Positions 45,902 through 54,626 of a stretch of DNA of 64,000 nucleotides are shown here, one piece after another; positions within the stretch are counted from its first letter, which is position 1; each line of letters starts with the position of its first letter. The position numbers and the translations under genes are program-made. The DNA is taken from NCBI GenBank assembly GCA_021824285.1, contig JAKAKZ010000004.1, positions 225 through 64,224 on the forward strand, read 5' to 3'. The DNA comes from a bacterium. Lineage in GTDB: Bacteria; Patescibacteriota; Patescibacteriia; SG8-24. A model generated the notes under the pieces. It saw nothing but the letters and a program-made list of their open reading frames with translations. It was not told the origin of the DNA and did no database searches.

Positions 45902-47797
45902 TCAGGTCTTCATTTCCTTGGCCCGTTGGGCGGCCTCAAACTCCTTCTTGGCCTGCTCGATTTCCAGTAGCTGCTGCGGGTTCGTGGTGACGACCTGGTC
46001 CTCGGCATAGGAGGCCACGACCTTGATGGCCGCGTGCTTCATGCCGGCGAAGAATATGCCCTCGCCCACCCCGCCCTCAAGCAACAGGTATTTCTCCCCC
46101 TCGGTCAGCATGAAGGTCTTGGCGATGTTGTCGATAGCCGCCGGCGACTGCTTCAGAAGCAGCTGCATGGCGGAGTTGGTCACGATGGCCTGGCCGTAAG
46201 GCGAGCGCAGGAAGTCGTTGACGTCCTGGGTGATGGTCGTCACGCCGAGATAGTATTTGCGGCAGCGCTTCACGAGCGCGAAGATAAACTTGGCGGAGTC
46301 CTCGTGCTGCATGAGCCACCAGGCCTCATCAATCACCAGGATGCGTTTCTTGCGCTCGGAGCGGACCACGTTCCAGATGTAGTTGACGATGGCGTAGACC
46401 GCGAGCGGGCGCAGCTCGTCCTCCAGGTCACGGACCGAGAAGACGACGAGGAGGTTCTGCATGGCCACGGTGGTCGGCGAGTTGAACAGGCCGGAGAACG
46501 TGCCCTCGGTGAACTTCTTGAGCTTGATGACGATGTCCTTCGTGCCTTCCATTCCCTCCAGAACCTCAATGAAGTCCTGCATGATCGGCGGCTCGACGCG
46601 GGCCAGGTCGGCGTCCGGCGTGATGTCCTTCTTGGCGTAGGTTTCGAGCAGGGCGCGGTCCAGCACGGAGTCCTCTTGCGGCGTGATCGTGCCGAGCATG
46701 ATGCGCAGCAGGCCCTTTACCGTGATGACCGCGCTGCGGATGATATCCTCGACCGAAACCTCCTCCCCCACCGGCCGCGGCAGGTCGAACGGGTTGATCT
46801 TGGCGTCGGAGGCCAACGAGATGTTGATGTAGGTCCCGCCGACCGCGTCGGACAGGTGTTTGTATTCCATTTCCGGGTCGATGACGATGACCTCGGTGCC
46901 CATCATGAGCGAGCGCAGGATCTCCAGCTTCACGGTGTAGGATTTGCCCGCGCCGGAAGTGGCGAACACGATATAATTCGCGTTCTGCATGGAGAACCGG
47001 TCGAACAGGATCAGACTGTTGTTGTGGCGGTTGATGCCGAAAAGGATGCCGTTGTCCGAGGTCAGGTCCGCCGAGATGAACGGAAACGAGGAGGCGCACG
47101 GCGACGAGTTCATGTTGTAGGTGATCATGAGCTCGTCGTTGCCGAGCGGAATCGTGGAATTGAATCCCTGCTCCGCGGTGTAGAAAACGCGCTTGGTGTA
47201 GATCAGCTTGCCGCCGAAAATGGACTCAACGTCCTCGCTCAGCTTGTCGAGGGCCTTCTTGTCCTTGGCGTAGACCGTGACGTAGAGGGCAAACTGGAAG
47301 AAGTGCTCCGTGCCCTGGGTCAGGCTGTCGCGGAGGTCCTCGACGTCGCGCAGGGCCTGCTCGGAAATCGGGTCGCGCGGCTTGCCCTTCTCGGCATCTG
47401 AAAGGATGGTCGCCTCGAGCACGCCGGCTTTCTTCTTGAGCTGTTTCAGGATGACGGGCGCCTTCACCGGATAGAAGAACATGGCCACGTCCAGCGGGTA
47501 GTTCATGTTAATCACCGGCGAGAACCAGCCCAGCGAGATGTAGCGGGGATATGTGACCACGAAGATGGTGCGCAGGAAGGTCTCGCCGAGCTGGACGAGC
47601 GTCGGGTCGACTTTCATGCCCGCCGGCGCGATGAGGTCACGAATGGAGACGACGCCCTTGCGGTAGACGCGCTCCTCCTCCAGGAGCTCGCGCTCGCGCG
47701 AGATCTTTTCGGTCTCCTGCCGCTTCTTCACCTCTGCCGCCGTGTCCTTCTTCGGAGGCGGCGCGACAGCTCCTAATTGTGCGGGATTGAAGGCCAT
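45902..47797 (-). CDS. virB4: VirB4-like type IV secretion ATPase
   Basis: Walker A FATSGAGKS, VIDPEMEY, INPFD, Walker B ILVIDEAW, RKY, ITQDV. Confidence 0.88.
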   Translation of the reverse strand: MAFNPAQLGAVAPPPKKDTAAEVKKRQETEKISRERELLEEERVYRKGVVSIRDLIAPAGMKVDPTLVQLGETFLRTIFVVTYPRYISLGWFSPVINMNYPLDVAMFFYPVKAPVILKQLKKKAGVLEATILSDAEKGKPRDPISEQALRDVEDLRDSLTQGTEHFFQFALYVTVYAKDKKALDKLSEDVESIFGGKLIYTKRVFYTAEQGFNSTIPLGNDELMITYNMNSSPCASSFPFISADLTSDNGILFGINRHNNSLILFDRFSMQNANYIVFATSGAGKSYTVKLEILRSLMMGTEVIVIDPEMEYKHLSDAVGGTYINISLASDAKINPFDLPRPVGEEVSVEDIIRSAVITVKGLLRIMLGTITPQEDSVLDRALLETYAKKDITPDADLARVEPPIMQDFIEVLEGMEGTKDIVIKLKKFTEGTFSGLFNSPTTVAMQNLLVVFSVRDLEDELRPLAVYAIVNYIWNVVRSERKKRILVIDEAWWLMQHEDSAKFIFALVKRCRKYYLGVTTITQDVNDFLRSPYGQAIVTNSAMQLLLKQSPAAIDNIAKTFMLTEGEKYLLLEGGVGEGIFFAGMKHAAIKVVASYAEDQVVTTNPQQLLEIEQAKKEFEAAQRAKEMKT

Positions 47798-47800
47798 ACG

Positions 47801-48502
47801 TCAGATTTCGGTACCGGAATCGGTGACCCGGAGCTTGCCGGGGTCCTGGATCTTCTGCGTGTCGTAGGAATCAGGATTGTAGACGCGGTAATACAGCTCG
47901 ATGAGGCCCTGGGTGTCGAGCGTCACGGCCGACAGGCCCATGCTGCGGAGCGAGCCGACCATGCGGTCGGCGCGGGTCATGAGATCGCCGCGCTGGCGCT
48001 GGAAGCGCTCCTCGGCCAGACGCACCGCGGCGCCGGGCATGAAAGCGGCCTGCAGGCGCTCGAAGAAGCTCTTCTGCCGGTCGGAAAGCGGATTGTACTG
48101 CACGACGACGAAAAACTGCTTCTGCATGATCTGGCCGAGCGACACGAGTTCCTGCACGAAGGCGCGATAGTCGGCGATCTGCACCTTGAGCAGCTCGTTG
48201 GACTGGGACTTTTCCTGCTCGCGCAGGCGATCAATGTACTTGTCGATGTTCAGGCGCCGCGACTGCACGACAATCTGCAGCGGAAACTCCAGCGAGTTCA
48301 GAAAGGCGACGTACTGCGCGATGATGGCGTTCTGCTCGTCTTCCGACTTGAGCGCAAAATTAATGGAGGACACGAGCATCACGGCGCGCATGGTACCGTC
48401 CTTGAGCACCACCACGCCCTCCTTGATTTCGGCGATGTCCAAGTAGCGCTGGGTGGCAGCGCCCGGTTTCGTGCCGGCAAGTTGCGGTGACTGCATGTCC
48501 AT
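47801..48502 (-). CDS. T4SS-associated protein (TraC/TrsD-like N-terminal partner of VirB4)
   Basis: TQRYLDIAEIKEGVVVLKDG...SINFALKSEDEQNAI...FLNSLEFPLQI; located between PrgI and VirB4. Confidence 0.75.
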   Translation of the reverse strand: MDMQSPQLAGTKPGAATQRYLDIAEIKEGVVVLKDGTMRAVMLVSSINFALKSEDEQNAIIAQYVAFLNSLEFPLQIVVQSRRLNIDKYIDRLREQEKSQSNELLKVQIADYRAFVQELVSLGQIMQKQFFVVVQYNPLSDRQKSFFERLQAAFMPGAAVRLAEERFQRQRGDLMTRADRMVGSLRSMGLSAVTLDTQGLIELYYRVYNPDSYDTQKIQDPGKLRVTDSGTEI

Positions 48503-48503
48503 A

Positions 48504-48929
48504 TCACTCTTCGGGGTTGAACACGCCGCCGGTGTTTACGACGAGCGACAGCTCGGCGAGTTTGGACGCGGCCAGGGCCTCCTTCACGATCTTGGGCTTG
48601 GGCGGCGGCGGTGGTGTCTCGCGGACGAAAGCCAGGACTTCGGCGTCGGTCGGTTCCTTATTCCAGACGCGCAATCCGGGCCGACGCGTGGTGAGAATCA
48701 GGTTGAGGACGAAATAATGGAAGGCCTGGCCGTTAATGCGCGTGAAGGCGAAAACGCTGAAGAGTATGAAGGTCGGGATACCGACGAGCAGGAACAGCGC
48801 GAAATCGAACATCTTGTAATACGCGAACTCCAGGCCCAGCATGGCCAATTCAATAAGGAACTGACGGGCCGTCAGCGGACCAAGAATCTTGTCCTCGGTA
48901 TCGATGAATTGGGGAACGGCGTATTTCAT
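48504..48929 (-). CDS. PrgI family protein (VirB3-like)
   Basis: VPQFIDTEDKILGPLTARQF plus 2 TMs. Confidence 0.88.
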   Translation of the reverse strand: MKYAVPQFIDTEDKILGPLTARQFLIELAMLGLEFAYYKMFDFALFLLVGIPTFILFSVFAFTRINGQAFHYFVLNLILTTRRPGLRVWNKEPTDAEVLAFVRETPPPPPKPKIVKEALAASKLAELSLVVNTGGVFNPEE

Positions 48930-49052
48930 CGGCTGGTCTCTACCTTACGTACATTTTTAACGCACAAAACCACGGCTATGAGGACCGTTTTAGCCTATTT
49001 TTAGGTTTATTTTAGGCTAATCAAGTATACCACGACCGGGGTGTGGACATCA

Positions 49053-51110
49053 TCAGCCGAAACGGAGCGTCCGATTCAGGGTCATGATGGCATCGAACTG
49101 CGGTTTGCTGAGGTTGGGCTGCTTGGCGGCCTCGCGCGCGGCAATCACATCCAGCACCGGCTTGCCCTCGAGACTGGCGCGAAGCAGCTCCAGATACAGA
49201 CGGTTGACTTCGGACTCGTGCCAGGCCTTTATCCCCTGCTGTTTTACCTCAAAGCCCTGATCCTCGAGCAAGTCGATCTTATCCTTGATCTTGAGCGTGG
49301 CCTCCGTCGGTTCCTTGGAGAGCCGGATGAAGTCCGCAAGCGTCATGGAGCGAAGTTCCTCGACCGGACCGGTGAGGCGCGGGGCCGCGATGATGTCGGC
49401 AACTATCGGTTTCTGCGTGGCGACTGGCTGGACCGGCGGTGCGGGCGGGCGCTGGGGCACGGAAACATAGCCCGGACCAGAAACGTGGGGCGCGGACGGT
49501 CCGCTCGTCGGCAGGTTCATCGGCGGCGCGGCCGTGGCGGTCGGCGGTTGCGGCGGTTCCGGCCTGGGGGCGGACGGCGGAGCCGGCTTGGCCGGCGGCG
49601 CTGGCGGCACAGCTGGCTTTGGCGCCGGCGGCGGCGTCAGAGGTGCGCTCGGCGGAACTGGAGGCTTCGGGGCCGCGGGGGCGGCGGTCGGAGCCGATTG
49701 GCCCACGGACGGTTGCTTCATGGCCGGGCCGGTGAGGTCCGGCAAGACCGGCTCTGGTTTCGGCGGCGGTGCGGCCGGGACGGCAGGACGCGGCGGAGCT
49801 GCCGCAGCGACAGCGGCTGACGGAGCTGCGGGCCTGGGGGCCGCGACAACCGGTACGGTGACCGGTGCGGAGGGAGCTTTCGGTGCCGGAGTCGGTGCGC
49901 TCCCCGGCGGCATCTGGATACCGGAACGCTGGACCAGATCCTGGTAGCGACGGTCTAGATCCTGCTTCTCCAGACGCTCGGTGCGCTCCTGCTGGAGCAG
50001 ATGGCGGCGCGCCTGTTCGGCTACGAATTTCTCCTTGTCCGCCGCGACCTGGCCGACGGCCTGCGACAGGAACTGCTGGCGCAGCGGCTTAAGCGCGGTC
50101 ATGACGCGGTCGGCGTCTGCCTCGGATAGGCCCAAGCCGCCAGTGGCGACCTGCGAAGTAAGTTTGGATTTCGTCTCCAGCGCGTCGCGCAGGTCGCGCA
50201 GATAAAGCGCGGATGCCATGCGAAAACGGTTGAGCGACTCTGGCGTCGGGCTTGGCAAGGCGGCCGCCTGCACGGCCCGTTCGACGAAGAAATCGAGGTC
50301 GCCGGCCGGCTCGGCGGCAGGCTCCATCGTCCTGCGCAAGGCCTCAACCTCCTTGATGTCCTCGACCTGGACTGTTTCGAAGGTGGGGACAGTGGGGAGG
50401 TTTGGAGGTTTGGAGGTTTGGAGGTTTGGAGTGGCCGTCGGCGCTTCCGCAATCGGAGGGATGACGACGGGTTTCGGTTTTTCGGCGGCCAGCACCTCAT
50501 CGGGAACGACGACGATCGCCCTCGCCTCAAGCGCCTTCATCTCCTCTTCCGCAGCCGCGACAACAAGCGCGGCCTCATCGCCGTTCAAACCAACGCCCGA
50601 CGTCTTCGCCGGACCCATGAGCGTCTCCGCCAGCTGTTCCACCTTGCGGCCGCCGAGGGCCACGGAGGCCAGAACCTTATCAAGGCGGCGGTCCAGGATG
50701 TCGTCGGAAACGACCACGCCGGACTTGCGGCGGATGACCGCGACGACGTCCGATGCCGCGACCTTCTTTTTGAAGATGTTAGGGTCGCCGCCTTCCTGCA
50801 GGATGAGAGCGGGGATGTCGGAATTCAGCCAATCCGCGATGTCCTGAAAATCATAGCCGAGTATCTTTTGGGCCACGTCAGGATAGCGGCCGTTCCCCTT
50901 GAGCAGGTCGCGCAGGAAGGCGAGGAAGGAGGACGGGGTAGTGACGCGGAAATAAACGTCAAACAGGGCCTCGGCGACGGCGAAGCGCTGACCCTCGTCG
51001 ATCAGCGGGAAAATTTCCTCGGCGTACCGCTCAGCCAACTGGGCGTCGAAAATGTGCGCCCGAACCTGGTCGGGCAGGCCACGGAGCTGTTCAAGTGAGT
51101 ATTTCGGCAT
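49053..51110 (-). CDS. Hypothetical protein with a long Pro/Ala-rich linker (T4SS locus)
   Basis: 685-aa ORF; two GG/SGxGL motifs, Pro-rich linker, C-terminal GPVEELRSMTLADF domain. Confidence 0.8.
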   Translation of the reverse strand: MPKYSLEQLRGLPDQVRAHIFDAQLAERYAEEIFPLIDEGQRFAVAEALFDVYFRVTTPSSFLAFLRDLLKGNGRYPDVAQKILGYDFQDIADWLNSDIPALILQEGGDPNIFKKKVAASDVVAVIRRKSGVVVSDDILDRRLDKVLASVALGGRKVEQLAETLMGPAKTSGVGLNGDEAALVVAAAEEEMKALEARAIVVVPDEVLAAEKPKPVVIPPIAEAPTATPNLQTSKPPNLPTVPTFETVQVEDIKEVEALRRTMEPAAEPAGDLDFFVERAVQAAALPSPTPESLNRFRMASALYLRDLRDALETKSKLTSQVATGGLGLSEADADRVMTALKPLRQQFLSQAVGQVAADKEKFVAEQARRHLLQQERTERLEKQDLDRRYQDLVQRSGIQMPPGSAPTPAPKAPSAPVTVPVVAAPRPAAPSAAVAAAAPPRPAVPAAPPPKPEPVLPDLTGPAMKQPSVGQSAPTAAPAAPKPPVPPSAPLTPPPAPKPAVPPAPPAKPAPPSAPRPEPPQPPTATAAPPMNLPTSGPSAPHVSGPGYVSVPQRPPAPPVQPVATQKPIVADIIAAPRLTGPVEELRSMTLADFIRLSKEPTEATLKIKDKIDLLEDQGFEVKQQGIKAWHESEVNRLYLELLRASLEGKPVLDVIAAREAAKQPNLSKPQFDAIMTLNRTLRFG
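50396..50431. repeat. (GGAGGTTT)4.5 tandem repeat inside a CDS
   Basis: Four perfect octamers plus GGAG; same unit as the intergenic array at 27833. Confidence 0.85.
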
Positions 51111-51135
51111 GATATATGGCCGTTAGACCATGGTC

Positions 51136-54100
51136 CTAGCGACCGAGCTTCCGTTCGATGGCGTCGAGCAGGCGGGTGACTTGGGACTTGTCCGATTGGG
51201 ATGAATCCTTGAGCTTGTCGACCAGACCCTCGAGCGCCGAGGTCTGATCAGCGCCGGCATCGTTGATCGCCTCAATCAGCTTGTCGAAATTCTCGGGGGT
51301 GGGCCGGACACTGACATCATCCAGCGCATCTTTCACGGCTCCAGAAACGGATTCGGCGACGCCGGAGAAGGCCCGCTCGATCTCCTTCTTGTCGATCCAG
51401 TCGCGGCCGCCGCGACCGCCCGACGAATCAGAACCGTAGGACCTTGGCGCTTCCGTCGGCCGGGCACCCGGACCGCCCATCTCTTTGAGCCGCGCGCTGG
51501 CGGCCTTCAGGTCTTCAGTGGCTTGCCGCAAGGCTTCGGTTAGTGCTTCTAGTGTCTGCGGATTGGCACCGCCAGTCTTGGCTTTGTCATATTCCTGCTG
51601 GGCCTGCTGGGCCTTATCACCGGCCTTCTTCACCACATCCTGCTGCATACCCGCCTCGGTGGCGTCGAACTTGGGCATCTTGTAGCCGCGCCGGGCAAGA
51701 ATCTCCTCGATCTTTCCGATATTGTCGGCGGCTTCCTGACGCTCCTTATCGATCCGTTCCAGATCGCGTTTCTTCTGAAGTTCACCGCCGTTATAGTCGA
51801 AACTCGGCGTCGCCTGGATGCTGTCGCGCTCCGCGCCGAGCGAGAGGACTTTCGACTTCGCCTCGTCAGCATTCTTGAAGGCGTCCTGCGTTTCGCGCTC
51901 GACGCGCTTACGGTCCTTGACCCCGGACTCCCCGCCTTTCTCGGACACGATCTGCATCACCGGATTATTGATGGAGCGGCTCAAGTCGCGGTTGGCCTCG
52001 GCCCAGCCGCCTTTGATGGCGTCGGTTACCGCTTTGAGAAGCGCCGACTCGTTGGCCGATGCGGTGCCGCTCGCGGACTTCTCGGCCAAGCCGAGCAGGG
52101 CACCGCCTTTCATGCCGTCGATCAGCGCCTGCATGGCCTCCGTCGGCTCCCCGTCCTTGGTCAAGGACGATGCGTCAATCTTGGAAAGGGCCTCCGGGCC
52201 GTTGGACTTCACGAATTCCTGAAACGCAGCCTTGCCGAATTCGCTGCCGAACTGGCCTCCGGCGCCAAGGTCGAAGGCCTTGGCCGCACCGGCGGCATCT
52301 TCAGCCGTGCGGGCCACGGCCTGCCGCGCGTGCAGCGATTCCTCGGGGTGCTCGGCTATGTACTTCTCGTTCTCCTCGCGGTAGGCCTTTTTCTGCTTGC
52401 CTTCCAGCTTGGATTCGACGCGGTCGGCGTCATCCCGGAGGGCCACGTCATTGGCGTATTTGCGGATCTGCGCCTCGGTAAAGTCCTTGGGCTGCTGTTT
52501 GCCCTCACGCACCTCGCGGGCCATCTTGGAAGAGAGCTCCTGCAGCTTGTCCTCGAGAGTCTCCCCTTCTTTCAGGGCTGCCGGATCAAACGCCTCATCC
52601 GGGAAGTTCTTCTTGGCTGCCTCAACCGCGTCATCGACGGTTTTCTTGTCGGCGCCAGCTTCCTTCATGCGGCGGATGACCTCATGCGCGCCGCCGGCGT
52701 CATGGACTTTGGCGTTGCGCTTCTCCAGGGCCTGCTTGAGCGCGGCCACGCGTTCCACCTCGGTGAATTCCGCGGCGCGGCCGGTGAGGATGGCCTCGAT
52801 GCTGTCTTTGCTGAGCTCCTTCTGGGCCTTGGCGTAGATGCCGGCCTGACCTTCCTTGCCGGTCTGCTGAAGCTGACGACCGATGCGCCGGCCTTCAGCT
52901 GCGGCCTCTTGGCCGGATTTCACGATGCCGGCGCCGAGACGGCCGCCGGTGACGCCCTGGACAGCGCGGCCGGCTGCCTGACGCAGGCCGCCACGGAGCA
53001 ACGGCGTGACCCCCTCGCGGGCCTTACCGATTTTCTCGGTGTACTGCGCCGTAGTCAGGGCGATGCGCTCCTTGTAGCGGTCATCGCCGGCCTTCATCAT
53101 GGCGCCGACGGCACCGCGCGCGCCTTCCACGCGCTGACGCAGACCGGTCCGCTTGTATATCGCGCCGAGGGCTCCGCCGACGACGGCACCAGGCGCGAGC
53201 TTCTTGGCCCCCGGCAGGCCGCCGCCGAAGCCGCCGCCGCTAAGCTGCTGCGCGAAATCCACGCCCAGATACATGATGGCCAGCGCCATGATGAAACTGA
53301 GCAACGAATCCATTTTCATGAAGTTCGTCCGGAAGACAGCGTCCGCTCCCGATTCCGCATTGAACTGCAGCTGCTTGACGGTGGCCAACGACAGCCAGAG
53401 GAAAAAAGCCAGCACCGGACCGGTGAGGATCTGGGACTGGAGGTTGGACCACCACTTGCCATAGTAGGACTGCGTAGCCTTGAAGGGCATGCCGCGCATG
53501 GCGAAGGCCAGAGGCGAAAAGATGACCACGCCCCAAAGAACGACGATGCGCTTGAGGATGAAGAGCGTCATGATGAGGATGACGCCGCAGGCCGCGAGCA
53601 GGAACAGGCAGGTCGCGAAATAGGTCAGGAACATCGTAAAGGTAGTCTGGGCAGCGGAGAGAGTCAGTCCGGTGCTGTCCGGGCTCATGACGTTCATCTG
53701 CGTGGTGTTCAGCGACGTGATGAGGTTCTGTGCGGCCGCGCCCTTGAAGCCGTTCACGAAAGTCAGCATGACCACCTGACCGATATCGATCAGCACACCG
53801 ACGAAAGTCCGCGAAAAATTCACGAGAATCGCCATGATCAGCAGACGCGAGAGCTTCTTCCCCTTATAGCTGTATTCGTCCATGCCGAGAATCGTCGCGA
53901 ATGCCATCACAAGCATGCTGACCACGATGAGCATGTTGGCCATGTCACGCACGACGAGCCAGCCGGCGGTGACGACGGGATTGTTCACGAAGCTGTTGTA
54001 CTGGATGAAGAAAATCAGCAGTTCGATAAGCAGCGACAGGATCTGGCCGATGGCGAAGGCCAAGGCCTCGAAAACCCAGTAGATGAAGCTCTGGATGAAA

Positions 54101-54384
54101 CCCTGCTCTGTCTGCGCCGGCGGCTTTTTTTCATCGGCGGCGGTATTCGAGGCCGGGGGTGTCGTGGCCGATCCTTGACCTGATCCGCCAGCGGTCTGTG
54201 CGAGCTGGACCGTGCGCACCGCGGACAGGTGGTTCCCGGCGGCCAGTGCCGGACGGGCAAAGTGCGGCAGGACCGAAATCAAAACGCCAAAAACCGCCAC
54301 AGCGGCGATCATCCGCAATGCAGCGTGGCCCGAGGCGCGATGCCGGTTCTGATGGCGCGTGGCTTCGGGTTGGAAAAACAGCAT
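51136..54384 (-). CDS. VirB6/TrbL-like polytopic membrane protein with a long soluble tail
   Basis: GWLVVRDMANM, ILVNFS, FSPLAF, WW..L, GPVLAFFLWL; about 7 TMs then ~700 aa Gly/Ala/charged tail. Confidence 0.75.
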   Translation of the reverse strand: MLFFQPEATRHQNRHRASGHAALRMIAAVAVFGVLISVLPHFARPALAAGNHLSAVRTVQLAQTAGGSGQGSATTPPASNTAADEKKPPAQTEQGFIQSFIYWVFEALAFAIGQILSLLIELLIFFIQYNSFVNNPVVTAGWLVVRDMANMLIVVSMLVMAFATILGMDEYSYKGKKLSRLLIMAILVNFSRTFVGVLIDIGQVVMLTFVNGFKGAAAQNLITSLNTTQMNVMSPDSTGLTLSAAQTTFTMFLTYFATCLFLLAACGVILIMTLFILKRIVVLWGVVIFSPLAFAMRGMPFKATQSYYGKWWSNLQSQILTGPVLAFFLWLSLATVKQLQFNAESGADAVFRTNFMKMDSLLSFIMALAIMYLGVDFAQQLSGGGFGGGLPGAKKLAPGAVVGGALGAIYKRTGLRQRVEGARGAVGAMMKAGDDRYKERIALTTAQYTEKIGKAREGVTPLLRGGLRQAAGRAVQGVTGGRLGAGIVKSGQEAAAEGRRIGRQLQQTGKEGQAGIYAKAQKELSKDSIEAILTGRAAEFTEVERVAALKQALEKRNAKVHDAGGAHEVIRRMKEAGADKKTVDDAVEAAKKNFPDEAFDPAALKEGETLEDKLQELSSKMAREVREGKQQPKDFTEAQIRKYANDVALRDDADRVESKLEGKQKKAYREENEKYIAEHPEESLHARQAVARTAEDAAGAAKAFDLGAGGQFGSEFGKAAFQEFVKSNGPEALSKIDASSLTKDGEPTEAMQALIDGMKGGALLGLAEKSASGTASANESALLKAVTDAIKGGWAEANRDLSRSINNPVMQIVSEKGGESGVKDRKRVERETQDAFKNADEAKSKVLSLGAERDSIQATPSFDYNGGELQKKRDLERIDKERQEAADNIGKIEEILARRGYKMPKFDATEAGMQQDVVKKAGDKAQQAQQEYDKAKTGGANPQTLEALTEALRQATEDLKAASARLKEMGGPGARPTEAPRSYGSDSSGGRGGRDWIDKKEIERAFSGVAESVSGAVKDALDDVSVRPTPENFDKLIEAINDAGADQTSALEGLVDKLKDSSQSDKSQVTRLLDAIERKLGR

Positions 54385-54540
54385 GTTTCAGGTTAATTAC
54401 GGCTAATGCGCCGAACTTGCGGCGACGCCGTTTCCTCTCCCTATATCATATCACGAATAAGCTCGGCTGCGGAGAAGAGATGTATACCTAATTTTAGGCC
54501 AATTTCAGGGGGTAATAGAGCGTCAAACACTTATCCACAC

Positions 54541-54578
54541 GGGGACTGTCCCTTTTGCGGCAAAAAGGGACTGTCCCC
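54541..54578. repeat. Paired GGGACTGTCCC palindromes
   Basis: ggggactgtccc-ttttgcggcaaaaa-gggactgtcccc; single copy at 41560-41571. Confidence 0.65.
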
Positions 54579-54626
54579 TAACTGAAACCGCCGTCCTTAT
54601 CTGGACGGCGGTTTTCTTGGTGCTTA

